Assembly (NCBI GenBank): GCA_964619725.1
Contig: CAZUFC010000080.1
Coordinates: 1-40,120, forward strand
Source of the DNA: an uncultured bacterium
GTDB taxonomy: Bacteria; CSSED10-310; CAZUFC01
Direction: 5' to 3'
DNA length: 40,120 bases
Of the stretch, positions 1 through 10,259 are shown one piece after another. The number at the start of each line of letters is the position of its first letter. Position 1 is the first letter of the stretch. The translations under genes were made by a program, and so were the position numbers. The notes under the pieces are model-generated. The model did not search any database and had not been told where the DNA came from. It worked only from the letters and a program-made list of their open reading frames with translations.

Positions 1-12
1 ATCAAAAACCCA

Positions 13-92
13 AGTGGCTGTCCAGCATTAAATTTTGAATCGACAATCGAGTTTAAATTTTGAATCGACAATCGAGTTTATGGACAGGCACT
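13..92. repeat. REP/MITE-like element family R2, copy 1, with an internal 25-bp tandem duplication
   Basis: AGTGGCTGTCCA (13-24) and TGGACAGGCACT (81-92) form an 11/12 inverted repeat. AATTTTGAATCGACAATCGAGTTTA occurs twice exactly (31-55, 56-80). Homologous to 13014-13065. Confidence 0.8.
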
Positions 93-104
93 AGCTAATT
101 GCTT

Positions 105-2948
105 TCATTTTGCAGGGGTTTTTGCATTCAGCGCATTCTTCAAAAAGTTACCGGTATATGAGTTATTGTTCCGAGCGATTTTTTCCGGGGGCCCCTCGGC
201 GACAATGTACCCGCCGTCATCTCCGCCCTCCGGTCCGAGATCGATGATCCAGTCTGCGGTTTTTATTACGTCCAGGTTATGTTCAATGACCAGAACAGTG
301 TTTCCTTTTTCTACGAGTCTTCTCAAAACGGCCAGCAGTTTTTTGATATCAGCGAAATGAAGGCCGGTCGTAGGTTCATCCAGGATGTAGAAGGTATTGC
401 CGGTACCTATTTTGCTCAGCTCCCTGGCGAGTTTTACTCTTTGAGCCTCTCCCCCTGAAAGCGTAGGAGCGGGTTGGCCCAGTTGGACATATTCCATGCC
501 GACGTCTACAAGCGTCTGAAGATGTCTTTTGATAGGCGGAATATTTCGGAAAAGTTCAAGAGCGGCATCGACCTCCATTGCAAGAACATCCGCGATGTTT
601 TTACCTCTGTATTTCACCTCCAGCGTTTCACGATTGAATCTTTTTCCTTTGCATACGTCGCACGTCACATAGACGGTCGGCAAAAAATGCATTTCAATTT
701 TTTTCACACCATCGCCTTTGCAGTTTTCACAGCGTCCTCCCTTAACATTAAAAGAGAACCTGCCCGGTCTGTAACCCCTTATTTTAGCTTCCGGAGTTTG
801 TGCGAACAACTTGCGGATGTGGTCGTATACTTTGATGTAGGTGGAGGGATTGGAGCGTGGTGTCCTTCCGATAGGTTTCTGATCGATGTTGATGACCTTA
901 TCGATTTTTTCAGCGCCGGTCATGCGATCATGCTTACCGGGAGAGCGTCCGGAATTGAACAATTTTCTGCTGAGCGCTTTGTAAAGGATGTCCGCAACAA
1001 GGGAACTTTTGCCGGACCCTGAAACGCCGGTAACGCAGGTGAAGAGGCCCAGTGGAAAAGCGACGTCTATGCCTTTGAGGTTATGATGGGAGGCGTTTTT
1101 AATTTTTATGAAACCTTTTTTAGGGGATTTACGCTTTTCAGGAATTTCTATCCGCATATCGCCCTTCAGATATTTTCCCGTTATGGATTCCGGGGCTGCC
1201 TTGATTTGATCGGGCGTTCCCCGGGCTACGATCCTGCCGCCCGCATATCCTGCACCCGGACCGAAGTCCAGAATATAATCGGCCGCCTCAATTATTTCGC
1301 GATCATGTTCCACTACAATAACGCTGTTGCCGGCATCACGCAGTTTCAATAACGTTTCCAGCAGTCGACGGTTGTCCCGCTGATGCAGGCCGATAGTCGG
1401 TTCATCCAGTATGTAAAGCACTCCGACCAGGCCCGAACCGATCTGACCCGCCACTCGAATCCTTCGCGCTTCCCCGCCGGAGAGAGTCCGCGCCTCCCTG
1501 TCCAGCGACAGATAATGCAATCCGACATTCAACAGGAATTGAAGTCTTCCCGTTAATTCGCGGATAACCTCCTCAGCGATGATTTTTTTCCTTTCATCCA
1601 GTTCCAGCGCATTAAAGAAATCGATGGAGTCCCTTATCGATAAGCTTGTAACATCAGCGATGGAATAACCGTTGATCTTCACCGCCAGACTTTCCTTCTT
1701 CAAACGGGCGCCGCCGCATTCCGGACAGGGAGTGTCGCTGATGAATTTTCCGTAATACCTTCTCTGCCATTCTGAATTTGTCTGAACGTATAACCGGTTT
1801 ATCTCATGCAGTACACCCCTGACCGGACGCTTGAAACTTCTTGAAACTTCGTGGTTGCTCCAGGTGAATTGAATCTTTTCCTTGCCCGAACCGTGCAAAA
1901 GTACATTTTTTATCTTGTCGTCCAGGTCTTTATAAGGAGTATTGAGATCGAAACCATAGTGTTCCGCAACGCTTTCCAGGGCCTGCCTCCGCCACGATTC
2001 GGGTTTCTCTCCCAGCTTGCCCCAGAATATTATCGCTCCGTCTAATATGCTTTTTTCCTCGTCGCCTATTATCTTATCAATGTCGGCCTTCAGATATGTT
2101 CCTATGCCTTTGCAGACCGGACACATTCCCTGGGGACTGTTGAAAGAGAACTTCTGAGGCGTCAACGGGCTGAAACTCAAACCGCAGCGGAGACACGCCG
2201 CATGCTCGTTATAATAAACATCCCGGTTCGTCTCATAATCATTGACGATTAGAATGCCGTCCGAAAGTTTTACCGCTGTTTCAATCGAATCAGTTATCCT
2301 GGAGTACATTTCCGGTTTTACCCTGATCCGGTCCACCACTATCTCCAGATTATGCTTTTTATTTTTATTCAATTGCGGAGCCTCATCCAGATCGATCAGC
2401 TTTCCGTCGACTCTCGCCCTTATGAACCCCGATTTTACGCCCCTGTCGAAAAAATCGCGATGCTCTCCCTTCTGATTTCTGATCACAGGAGCCGTCAGCA
2501 TTATCCGGCGTCCGGAAAATTCCTTCAGAACAGATTCCGTCATCTGCTGGACCGATTGAGAACTTATCTCGCTTCCGCACTGCGGGCAATACTGGGTCCC
2601 TGCTCGCGCATATAAAACCCGTAAATAATCATATATCTCCGTTACTGTCCCTACAGTAGAGCGGGGGTTGGCGCCCAGCGTTTTCTGTTCGATCGATATC
2701 GCCGGAGACAACCCGGATATCAAGTCCACAGCCGGCTTCTCCATCTGTCCTAAAAATTGACGGGCATAACTCGACAATGATTCCACATACCGGCGTTGTC
2801 CCTCGGCATACAACGTATCAAAAGCAAGCGACGACTTCCCCGAACCGCTCACTCCCGTAAATACCGCCAGCCGGTCTCGCGGAATCTCCAGATCAATGCT
2901 CTTAAGATTATGCTCTCTGGCTCCCTTGATGATGATCTTTTTGTCCAT
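105..2948 (-). CDS. uvrA: Excinuclease ABC subunit A
   Basis: [12 protein letters not shown] start, two [10 protein letters not shown] Walker A motifs, LSGGEA signatures, LDEPT Walker B and CxxC Zn fingers. Probable start is ATG 2948 (MDKKIII) rather than the ORF-track 2984. Confidence 0.98.
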   Translation of the reverse strand: MDKKIIIKGAREHNLKSIDLEIPRDRLAVFTGVSGSGKSSLAFDTLYAEGQRRYVESLSSYARQFLGQMEKPAVDLISGLSPAISIEQKTLGANPRSTVGTVTEIYDYLRVLYARAGTQYCPQCGSEISSQSVQQMTESVLKEFSGRRIMLTAPVIRNQKGEHRDFFDRGVKSGFIRARVDGKLIDLDEAPQLNKNKKHNLEIVVDRIRVKPEMYSRITDSIETAVKLSDGILIVNDYETNRDVYYNEHAACLRCGLSFSPLTPQKFSFNSPQGMCPVCKGIGTYLKADIDKIIGDEEKSILDGAIIFWGKLGEKPESWRRQALESVAEHYGFDLNTPYKDLDDKIKNVLLHGSGKEKIQFTWSNHEVSRSFKRPVRGVLHEINRLYVQTNSEWQRRYYGKFISDTPCPECGGARLKKESLAVKINGYSIADVTSLSIRDSIDFFNALELDERKKIIAEEVIRELTGRLQFLLNVGLHYLSLDREARTLSGGEARRIRVAGQIGSGLVGVLYILDEPTIGLHQRDNRRLLETLLKLRDAGNSVIVVEHDREIIEAADYILDFGPGAGYAGGRIVARGTPDQIKAAPESITGKYLKGDMRIEIPEKRKSPKKGFIKIKNASHHNLKGIDVAFPLGLFTCVTGVSGSGKSSLVADILYKALSRKLFNSGRSPGKHDRMTGAEKIDKVINIDQKPIGRTPRSNPSTYIKVYDHIRKLFAQTPEAKIRGYRPGRFSFNVKGGRCENCKGDGVKKIEMHFLPTVYVTCDVCKGKRFNRETLEVKYRGKNIADVLAMEVDAALELFRNIPPIKRHLQTLVDVGMEYVQLGQPAPTLSGGEAQRVKLARELSKIGTGNTFYILDEPTTGLHFADIKKLLAVLRRLVEKGNTVLVIEHNLDVIKTADWIIDLGPEGGDDGGYIVAEGPPEKIARNNNSYTGNFLKNALNAKTPAK

Positions 2949-3075
2949 CTTTCTGCTCTCAACCCTCAAAAGGGCCCTTCTCAAATCCGCTGAATTGGTT
3001 TAACATCGGTTACGACAACCCAGTTGATTGTCCTGCTAGAACATAATGAAACATCCCAGCAAAGTGAACCTTTAA

Positions 3076-3912
3076 ATGAATCCTTCGCAAAAAAAATCCT
3101 TCCGTCTCTCTCAAAAAAACGACGCAACCTTTCCCACGCCGCTGATCGTCGCCCTGCGCCCCTGGATACTGGGATTCCTCCTCGGCAGCTTCTTTACGCA
3201 AAACACCACGATTATCGCCTGTTCCTGCGCCGTCGCCGCCTTTCATCTGATCCTCTGGCTTTATTGCCTCTTCTCCGTGCATTGCACTCTCTTCGGTAAT
3301 ATGGTGAACCGGCTCCCTTCACACGAAAAACTCGTCGCCTTCACTTTCGACGACGGTCCCGATACCGAAAAAACATATTCTATACTGGAAGCGCTCGAAA
3401 GGGAAAATGTTAAAGCCGCTTTTTTCACCATCGGAAAACGCTGCCTTCAGAATCCGCAGATCATCAAAACCATCGCCGAAAAAGGACATGCCGTTGAAAA
3501 TCACACCTTTTCCCACTCCCCCTTTTTCCCCTTATTTCCCGCCTCCAAAATAAAAAAAGAACTGGAATCCGCCTCACGAATTATCCAACGGCTTACAGGC
3601 CGACCACCCAGATTCTTCAGACCGCCCGCAGGCATTAAAAATTTCAGCATCCTGAAAACCGCACATTTGCAAAAATTGACGCCTGTCGGATGGACTGTCC
3701 GTTCACTCGACTCCCTTCCCTTATCGTCGAATTATATCCTGAAACGTCTGAAAAAGAAAACTGTTCCGGGCGCCATACTGGCCCTCCATGACGGTTTGGC
3801 GGTTAAAAACAAGAAAAAATCCTCCCTTTCCGCTGAAGAGCTGCAGAAATTGATAAAACATTTAAAATCAGAAGGTTATCGTTTTGTTTCTTTGGAGGCA
3901 ATACGGGACTGA
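3076..3912 (+). CDS. Polysaccharide deacetylase (NodB/CE4) with N-terminal hydrophobic segments
   Basis: TFDDGP, NHTFSH, FRPPAG, GWTVRSLD and ILALHDG CE4 motifs; hydrophobic N-terminal region. Confidence 0.9.
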   Translation: MNPSQKKSFRLSQKNDATFPTPLIVALRPWILGFLLGSFFTQNTTIIACSCAVAAFHLILWLYCLFSVHCTLFGNMVNRLPSHEKLVAFTFDDGPDTEKTYSILEALERENVKAAFFTIGKRCLQNPQIIKTIAEKGHAVENHTFSHSPFFPLFPASKIKKELESASRIIQRLTGRPPRFFRPPAGIKNFSILKTAHLQKLTPVGWTVRSLDSLPLSSNYILKRLKKKTVPGAILALHDGLAVKNKKKSSLSAEELQKLIKHLKSEGYRFVSLEAIRD

Positions 3913-3943
3913 ATGAAGCCGCCTGTAGATTTGAAACAAAATA

Positions 3944-3972
3944 TTGCCTTGAGTCATAATAAGGTTTATACT
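3944..3972 (+). promoter_or_regulatory. Putative sigma70 promoter of the radical SAM gene
   Basis: TTGCCT (3944-3949) - 17 nt - TATACT (3967-3972), 43 nt before ATG 4016. Confidence 0.55.
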
Positions 3973-4015
3973 TTTCCCCGGCATAGATACCTGAGAAGGT
4001 GAGGTTCGTTTTAAA

Positions 4016-5458
4016 ATGAAAGAAAAAAGTCTCAGTCAGTCAATCGATAAAGTTAAAAAGCATATCCTTTCCCGCTCCATTTATTACGGGTCCAATCTTC
4101 TGGCTGTCCGTTCGGACAAGACGCTGATAAGGATAACGCGGATGGCGGAAAAATTGGTCGGCAAGGATTACTATGTAAGGGAGATACAACGCATAAGGCG
4201 GATGTTCGAATCGAACCATCCGACTATGACCATAGCTCGAAATATACTAAGAAAAACGAATCCCCGTCAGCGCAAGAAGCTGATAGATTGCTTCATCATA
4301 AACCAGCTTCTGATCGGAACGAACAAGCGGAAGGATTTTTCGGAGACGCCCGGCGGTTTTTATCCGCCCGGTTTTTTTGTTCTTTCTCCGACCATGAATT
4401 GCAATCTTCACTGTGTGGGATGTTATTCCAGCGGTTACAAGAAGGACAAGGGATTGTCGTTTGAAGTTATGGATGACGTTCTGACTCAGGCCAAGGAAAT
4501 GGGGATGTATTTTTGCGTGGTATCGGGAGGCGAGCCGTTTTTGAATCCTCATCTGACGGATATTTTCGAGAAGCACAATGACGTAGCGTTTCACGTATTT
4601 ACAAACGGAACGCTGCTTGATGAGAGGACTCTGGAGAGGCTGGTGAAGGTCGGCAACGTGCTGCCTGCGATAAGCATCGAAGGGTATGAGGATTTTACGG
4701 ATAAGCGCCGCGGCAAGGGTCATTACAAAAGAGTCATGAAGGCCATGCGATTGTGCCGTGAAGCCGGGTTCCTTTTCGGTTTTTCCGTGACATACACGCG
4801 GGAAAACGCCCAGACGACGACATCGGACGATTTCGTTGATTTTCTGGTGAACCAGGGCTGCATACTGGGCTGGTATTTCTGTTACGTCCCCGTAGGTAAA
4901 CAACCCGATCCCGACCTTATGCCGACTCCTGAACAGCGTGATCACCTGAGAGAACGGATACAGTATTTCAGAGACACCAAGCCGCTGCTTTTCGGCGATT
5001 TCTGGAATGACGGCCCGGTCGTCGGCGGTTGTATAGCCGGGGGAAGAAAATATTTCCACATCAATTCACGCGGCGACGTGGAACCCTGCGTTTTCTTCCA
5101 ATATTCCACACACAACATAAAAGATTCAACTCTTAAAACAGCGCTCAATTCGCCCTTCTTCCAGAAAATAAGAGAGGGTCAAAGAAATAATCCGAACCTG
5201 CTCACTCCCTGCACGCTGATTGATAAACCGGAAATTTCGCGCTCGGCCATCGCCTGTTGCGGAGCGAAGCCGTCTCATCCTGAGGCGACCAAATTATGGG
5301 AGGACTATGCGGGACTGATCGACGAATATTCAAACTGCTGGTGCGCCATAGCCGACAAAGTATGGGCCATGCATCCGAAAAATAAAAACCGCAACCTGAA
5401 ATCGCTTGACGAACAGAAGGACGACGAAAAAGAATCGGCTTATTCTTCCGCGAAATGA
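4016..5458 (+). CDS. Radical SAM protein with SPASM/twitch-like C-terminal domain
   Basis: CNLHCVGC (CxxxCxxC), SGGEP, FTNG, and GCIAGG...GDVEPCVF plus further C-terminal Cys residues. Confidence 0.92.
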   Translation: MKEKSLSQSIDKVKKHILSRSIYYGSNLLAVRSDKTLIRITRMAEKLVGKDYYVREIQRIRRMFESNHPTMTIARNILRKTNPRQRKKLIDCFIINQLLIGTNKRKDFSETPGGFYPPGFFVLSPTMNCNLHCVGCYSSGYKKDKGLSFEVMDDVLTQAKEMGMYFCVVSGGEPFLNPHLTDIFEKHNDVAFHVFTNGTLLDERTLERLVKVGNVLPAISIEGYEDFTDKRRGKGHYKRVMKAMRLCREAGFLFGFSVTYTRENAQTTTSDDFVDFLVNQGCILGWYFCYVPVGKQPDPDLMPTPEQRDHLRERIQYFRDTKPLLFGDFWNDGPVVGGCIAGGRKYFHINSRGDVEPCVFFQYSTHNIKDSTLKTALNSPFFQKIREGQRNNPNLLTPCTLIDKPEISRSAIACCGAKPSHPEATKLWEDYAGLIDEYSNCWCAIADKVWAMHPKNKNRNLKSLDEQKDDEKESAYSSAK

Positions 5459-5628
5459 TTTTGTCCATATCAGATGCTCTCCGGATAAAAAACGAAATTC
5501 CGAGTGCGTGTCTCTTGCAGGATATTGTGCGCTGAAAGAGTTATGTAAAGGCGCTGATTATTTTAAAAGTTATTGATATTCGGTTATAATTTTATTACAT
5601 TTTCAGCAGATTCAGGCGGGGTCAGGAC

Positions 5629-7968
5629 ATGAGTCGAGTTGAACTTGAAAAAGCCAAACGTTTTAAAGCTCAGGGACATTATTCTCTGATGTGGAATAGT
5701 CTGCTTGAATCGGCCCGCCTGGGGGACCCTACAGTTAATCGTGAGTGTCTGGATTTTCTGGAGGAGATAACGGGTTTTGAGTTGGAGCGGATACTGGAGG
5801 TTATCGATCAGATTGCCGTGATAGCGGATGATTTTCTTCAGAAGCGGGTTGAGGAGTTGCTGCTGCTCCTCAAAAGGCGTCATCCTCAGTACAAGAGTAT
5901 GATATATGAAAGGTTATCTCAGTATGTCGATTTATGGAGCGAACTGAAAAAATCTTCAGGAACCCGTAAATACGATCATCTTGCGGAAGCCTGGAATTCC
6001 TATTCTTTGCTTGAGCAGATGACGCTCAGTCTTCTGGCGGAGAATCCAAAAGGACTTTCCTGGCCGGAATTACGTGACCAACTGCTGATATTCAAGGGTA
6101 TTTTCAGCGCTGAAAGGCTGATTGAAATCGTTGAGGGACTTTTTCTTTCCGGCGCGACCGTCGCGGTGACCAAGAAAGGCAGAATCATCAAGCCGACGAC
6201 TCGAGACTGGCTTCAGAAGCACACTCTCTCTTCCATACACGGCTCGTTCGGTAAATGGATAAGAGACCATCAACCTTTTCCCGTATTGATGAAAAAATGT
6301 CGAGCCAAGCTCTTCAGAGAAATAGGATATGATAATTTCATTGATTTTCGGAAGGAGCTTTCGAAGCACCCGGTTCACAGAAGCATATTCCTGGATATGA
6401 TGCGACTGCCTGCAGTGGAATGGAAACCTCTGGAAAAAGTCTTTTCCGAATTGGCTGAATTGAAGGTTAAATTAAAAACCGGGTATTATGCTCAGTTCAA
6501 GAATTTGAAAAACCAGGTTTTAAGCGATGTAGTGGAAGCGATGGGATTGCAGCAGTTGTCCAAACCTTACTCCAAAGGAGTCATTTCCGGAACGAGGATA
6601 CGGTATCATAAATTGAGGGCGCCGAGTTTCAACCAGGCCGGTTTCCTTATTCTTGCGACACTGGACCCCTTGGAAAACGAATTTAATATGGTCGAACAAT
6701 TCATCACTGAAATGCATTTCACCAAAAAAGTCGTCATGATACTCACTTTCGGCAACGCCACCGAATTCAAGCAACTGGCAGCCCGTTCAGAGATAGACCT
6801 GATCGTATTCGAAGAGGGTGACCTTTTCGATGCGCTTCTGGCTGAAAATATTCAGAAAGCTTTCGTGGACAAAATAATCGATCAGATAGACATATCCATC
6901 GTTTCTCCTTATGAAGTTCATTCCCCTGTAACCGAAAACATGTTTTACGGCCGCCTTTCGTTCAGAAAACGAGTCCTTCAGACGGAAAAAGGATATGCCA
7001 TCGTCGGAGGAAGGCGCCTGGGCAAAACTTCATTACTTTATAAACTGAAAAATGAACTGCAGACGCACGGCACGATCAAGGCTTATTTCGATTGCAGCAC
7101 CTGCCGGAACGGAATGGACTTGTGTCGCCGAATCAACAAAAAACTTGATTTAAACTCCACAAATCCGGGCGATTATCAGGATTTTGAACAATCGGTGGTG
7201 GAGTATTACAAGAAAAACAGGAAAAGAATTATCCTGTTTCTCGATGAAATTGATCATCTGGCCGCTGAAGAAAAGGGAACGGAAAATATTTTCGTATCTT
7301 TCCGGACATTGTCGAACGAAGGATACCTGCGTTTGTTCGTTACGGGTTGTCGTGAGTTGTATCTTCAGGTGCATGACAGCAAGTCGCCTTTTCAGAATTT
7401 TCTGGAAGTCCAAAAACTGGGTAATTTAGACCACAAAAGCGCCTACAGGCTCGTCAAGGAGCCCCTGGCCGAAGTGGGTATCGGCTTTGATGACGAGCAC
7501 ATGCAAATCAGTAAATTACTGGGCATAACGTCAACGCATCCTAATTTCATACAAATATTCTGTTCTGAGTTGGTGAACACGCTGAATCAACTGAACAAAA
7601 GAACGATCAACAACGAGGACATTGATGAAATTGCCGGGGGACACGCCTTTAGAACCGGCATTTTAAATACTTTTTCGCAGAATCTGACCGATTTTGAAAA
7701 ATTCGTGCTGCTGATGCTGGTGGACCGCCACAGGATAAGACCGGAAGACATAACCGGCGTCCTGGATGAATGGGATACTCCCGTAAAACCTGAGGAAGTG
7801 CAGGATATGCTCGATCATTTCCTTTTAACCTCGGTACTGGAAAAGAAGGACAAATATTATTATTTTGCTTATCCTTACCTGCCCGTGGTGGTAAAAGAAG
7901 AAGAAATGGACTGGATGATCGGAGACGTTGAAAAAATACTGCATGAAAGACAAAGGGGCCTGGAATGA
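5629..7968 (+). CDS. STAND-like P-loop NTPase with large N-terminal region and C-terminal winged helix
   Basis: SPY...PV...MFYGR, Walker A GGRRLGKT, Walker B IILFLDEID, STHPNFIQ (GxP-like), C-terminal wHTH-like segment. Confidence 0.8.
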   Translation: MSRVELEKAKRFKAQGHYSLMWNSLLESARLGDPTVNRECLDFLEEITGFELERILEVIDQIAVIADDFLQKRVEELLLLLKRRHPQYKSMIYERLSQYVDLWSELKKSSGTRKYDHLAEAWNSYSLLEQMTLSLLAENPKGLSWPELRDQLLIFKGIFSAERLIEIVEGLFLSGATVAVTKKGRIIKPTTRDWLQKHTLSSIHGSFGKWIRDHQPFPVLMKKCRAKLFREIGYDNFIDFRKELSKHPVHRSIFLDMMRLPAVEWKPLEKVFSELAELKVKLKTGYYAQFKNLKNQVLSDVVEAMGLQQLSKPYSKGVISGTRIRYHKLRAPSFNQAGFLILATLDPLENEFNMVEQFITEMHFTKKVVMILTFGNATEFKQLAARSEIDLIVFEEGDLFDALLAENIQKAFVDKIIDQIDISIVSPYEVHSPVTENMFYGRLSFRKRVLQTEKGYAIVGGRRLGKTSLLYKLKNELQTHGTIKAYFDCSTCRNGMDLCRRINKKLDLNSTNPGDYQDFEQSVVEYYKKNRKRIILFLDEIDHLAAEEKGTENIFVSFRTLSNEGYLRLFVTGCRELYLQVHDSKSPFQNFLEVQKLGNLDHKSAYRLVKEPLAEVGIGFDDEHMQISKLLGITSTHPNFIQIFCSELVNTLNQLNKRTINNEDIDEIAGGHAFRTGILNTFSQNLTDFEKFVLLMLVDRHRIRPEDITGVLDEWDTPVKPEEVQDMLDHFLLTSVLEKKDKYYYFAYPYLPVVVKEEEMDWMIGDVEKILHERQRGLE

Positions 7969-9920
7969 AAGAATGGGACTTGCCGCCTTTTCCGGACGGA
8001 CCGATCATATCGGAAGCATGCGAGGGAAATCTGAAGATAGACCGGCCGGAGGAACTGGAGAGAATACTAAGATTCATAAAGCATCAGAAATTAAGTGCGG
8101 TTCTGTGTCCGCCCAAATCAGGGCTGACCACTTTTTTGCACAGCGTTAAGGAAGAGCTGCTGAATCGGACAGGGGATGCGAGCCTGCAATGCTGCATTAT
8201 CGATATGTCTGAATTCATGAATGAAGAGACCTTTTTTTACGATATGATTAAAAAGATCGGCAGGTCGCTTTCTTTGACTCAAGCTGCAGGAGCCTTGCAA
8301 CCGGATTTGAATGCAGAACCCCTGGACCTTCAAAATTATCTGACAGAAACAATGGAAAAGAGCCGGCAAGAAATAGTCATCATATTCGACGACGTTTATA
8401 AAACGCATGAAAATTCGGCTACTCTTCTGCTGAACGTCGTCAGGGCGCTTTTTAATGAGCGGCTCCAATTTCCGCCTCTTTACCGTTTGAATTTCGTCGT
8501 CGGAAGCAGCGGCGATCTGATGAGATTGACGAAAACGCGTACCTCGCCTTTCAATATCGCCAATCAGATATATTTGAGCGATTTCAGTAAAGAACAAACC
8601 TTGCATATGATTAATAATATGTTGCAAGATTCCAGTCTTAAAACTGACGAGCGCTTTATCGCTGCCCTCTATCAGCAGACTCACGGGCATCCTTATCTCA
8701 GTTGCCTGCTCGTTTGTCTGGCCGCAGGGGAAGCCGCAGCCTCCCAGGAGAGCGTGATCGGTTCCAGTTGCGTTCTCAAAGCCGTCGACTCACTGCAGAC
8801 GGAAGGCGACCCCATGTTTGAACATATTATTAATGAAATAGCAGAGCGTTCTTATCTTAAGAAATTTTTGCGGCAGATGCTTCAGAGGAAAAAAGTCCGG
8901 TTTTCGCGTTTCAATTCGCATATGAGGAAACTTGAATTGCTCGGAGTGATCAAGATGGACGACATGGGGTGGTTGCAGTTCAGGAATCCACTTTACGAAA
9001 GAATCCTCCAGGAGAACCTGTTATCCGGTGCGGATACGGAGGAAGATAAGCCGGAAAAAAATCAGGAAATATCGACCAGGTACAGGATATTGACTGAACG
9101 GGCACGTGGAGGAATGGGCATAGTATGGAAGGCGTTCGATAAAAGGTTATGCCGAATAGTGGCTTTGAAGGCCGTGGCTGAAAACATCGTCGACGATGAA
9201 AATTCCGAATTGCTTATCGAAAGGCTGCTGCGGGAAGCGCGAACGCTGGCTCAATTGGACCATCCGAATATCGTGACGATTTACGATCTGGAAAAAGATG
9301 CCTCACGGATATATCTGACGATGGAATATGTGGATGGAATAGACGCCCGCCGCTACTTGAACGACAATAATAAATTCGATCCGGCAGCGGCAGTCGAATC
9401 AATAATAAAAATCTGCGATGCCTTGCACTATGCCCATCAAAAAGGAGTCATACACCGGGATATCAAACCCGAAAACATCATGATGCTTCCCGACGGGCGA
9501 ATAAAAGTCACGGATTTCGGACTGGCGAAGATCATACGCCCGCATCTTTTGAAAAACCTGTCCGGCGATGCTTGCGATCCCACACCCAGCGGTTTCATAC
9601 CCGGAACTTATTCCTATATCGCCCCGGAAACCCTAGCCGGCAGCGAAAGCGATGCTAAATCAGATATCTTCTCCCTGGGCTGCGTCCTGTTTGAATTTCT
9701 CTCAGGCGAAAAAGCCTTCAAAGGCGCGTCTCCTCCTCTCATCATCGATGCCGTTCTTAACAAAGAACCCAGGCACGCCTCGGAATTCATGAACAAGGGC
9801 GCTGAACCAATGGCGGATATTCTCGCCGGCGCCCTGGCCAAATCACCTGAGGCCAGATGCGATTCAGCGGCTGCGCTCGCTGACAAACTGCAACAATGGC
9901 TGATCACTTTTTGTCCATAA
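7965..9920 (+). CDS. Degenerate AAA_35/STAND-like domain fused to a Hanks-type Ser/Thr protein kinase
   Basis: N-terminal CPPKSGLTT (Walker A Lys replaced by Leu), IIFDD, SPFNI, THGHPYL, FRNPLYE. Kinase motifs RGGMGIV, VALK, HRDIKPEN, DFG, YIAPE. ATGA overlap with the upstream gene. Confidence 0.88.
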   Translation: MKEWDLPPFPDGPIISEACEGNLKIDRPEELERILRFIKHQKLSAVLCPPKSGLTTFLHSVKEELLNRTGDASLQCCIIDMSEFMNEETFFYDMIKKIGRSLSLTQAAGALQPDLNAEPLDLQNYLTETMEKSRQEIVIIFDDVYKTHENSATLLLNVVRALFNERLQFPPLYRLNFVVGSSGDLMRLTKTRTSPFNIANQIYLSDFSKEQTLHMINNMLQDSSLKTDERFIAALYQQTHGHPYLSCLLVCLAAGEAAASQESVIGSSCVLKAVDSLQTEGDPMFEHIINEIAERSYLKKFLRQMLQRKKVRFSRFNSHMRKLELLGVIKMDDMGWLQFRNPLYERILQENLLSGADTEEDKPEKNQEISTRYRILTERARGGMGIVWKAFDKRLCRIVALKAVAENIVDDENSELLIERLLREARTLAQLDHPNIVTIYDLEKDASRIYLTMEYVDGIDARRYLNDNNKFDPAAAVESIIKICDALHYAHQKGVIHRDIKPENIMMLPDGRIKVTDFGLAKIIRPHLLKNLSGDACDPTPSGFIPGTYSYIAPETLAGSESDAKSDIFSLGCVLFEFLSGEKAFKGASPPLIIDAVLNKEPRHASEFMNKGAEPMADILAGALAKSPEARCDSAAALADKLQQWLITFCP

Positions 9921-9966
9921 ACTCGAAGCGCCTGTCCGACCCCCGGCATGCCGGATTGAATTCTAA

Positions 9967-10143
9967 TTTGGGGACTGATCAAACCGGGGTTACACTTCTT
10001 TCAAAACTTTTGACGATTTGTTTCAGTAATCGGGGTCAGGATCGTTGCCGGGATCGGGATCGCAATCGGGATCGAAATTGAAACAAAATGATGGGAAGCG
10101 CCGTCAAATAGTAACCTCAAAAGACTTTTGTTTGATCAATGCC
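9967..10143 (+). repeat. Dispersed repeat family R1, copy A (MITE-like)
   Basis: TGATCAAAC (9976-9984) and GTTTGATCA (10130-10138) termini, palindrome TCAAAACTTTTGA (10001-10013), about 9 degenerate hexamers (ATCGGG/ATCGCA/ATCGAA), then ACAAAATGATGGG. Confidence 0.8.
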
Positions 10144-10259
10144 TTGATTTGAGAACAGACGATCATTAATGAATACGGAAAATGAAAACAGAAAACAACA
10201 AGCGGCAGCAAAGCCCAAAAAACTTCGTCCCATTTCCGGGAAATATTGAGCCGTGCTTC

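Noticed and set aside
31-80. CRISPR array
   Set aside because: Two directly abutting 25-bp units with no spacer, and no cas genes.
2949-3075. LexA/SOS box upstream of uvrA
   Set aside because: No recognisable CTGT-N8-ACAG or GAAC-N4-GTTC motif; lineage-specific boxes cannot be excluded.
4247-5059. 270-aa antisense ORF and other nested ORFs (e.g. 474-1022, 8118-8690, 18683-19282, 23840-24397)
   Set aside because: Shadow frames of well-supported genes, with no motifs.
3076-5458. Deacetylase and radical SAM as part of the PKS/glycan pathway
   Set aside because: They are more than 16 kb away on the opposite strand with unrelated genes between; no sequence evidence of linkage.
9896-10081. 61-aa ORF ending RDRDRNRDRN (also 21251-21487 and 21321-21617)
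   Set aside because: These are translations of the R1 hexamer arrays; reading frames are not conserved between copies.
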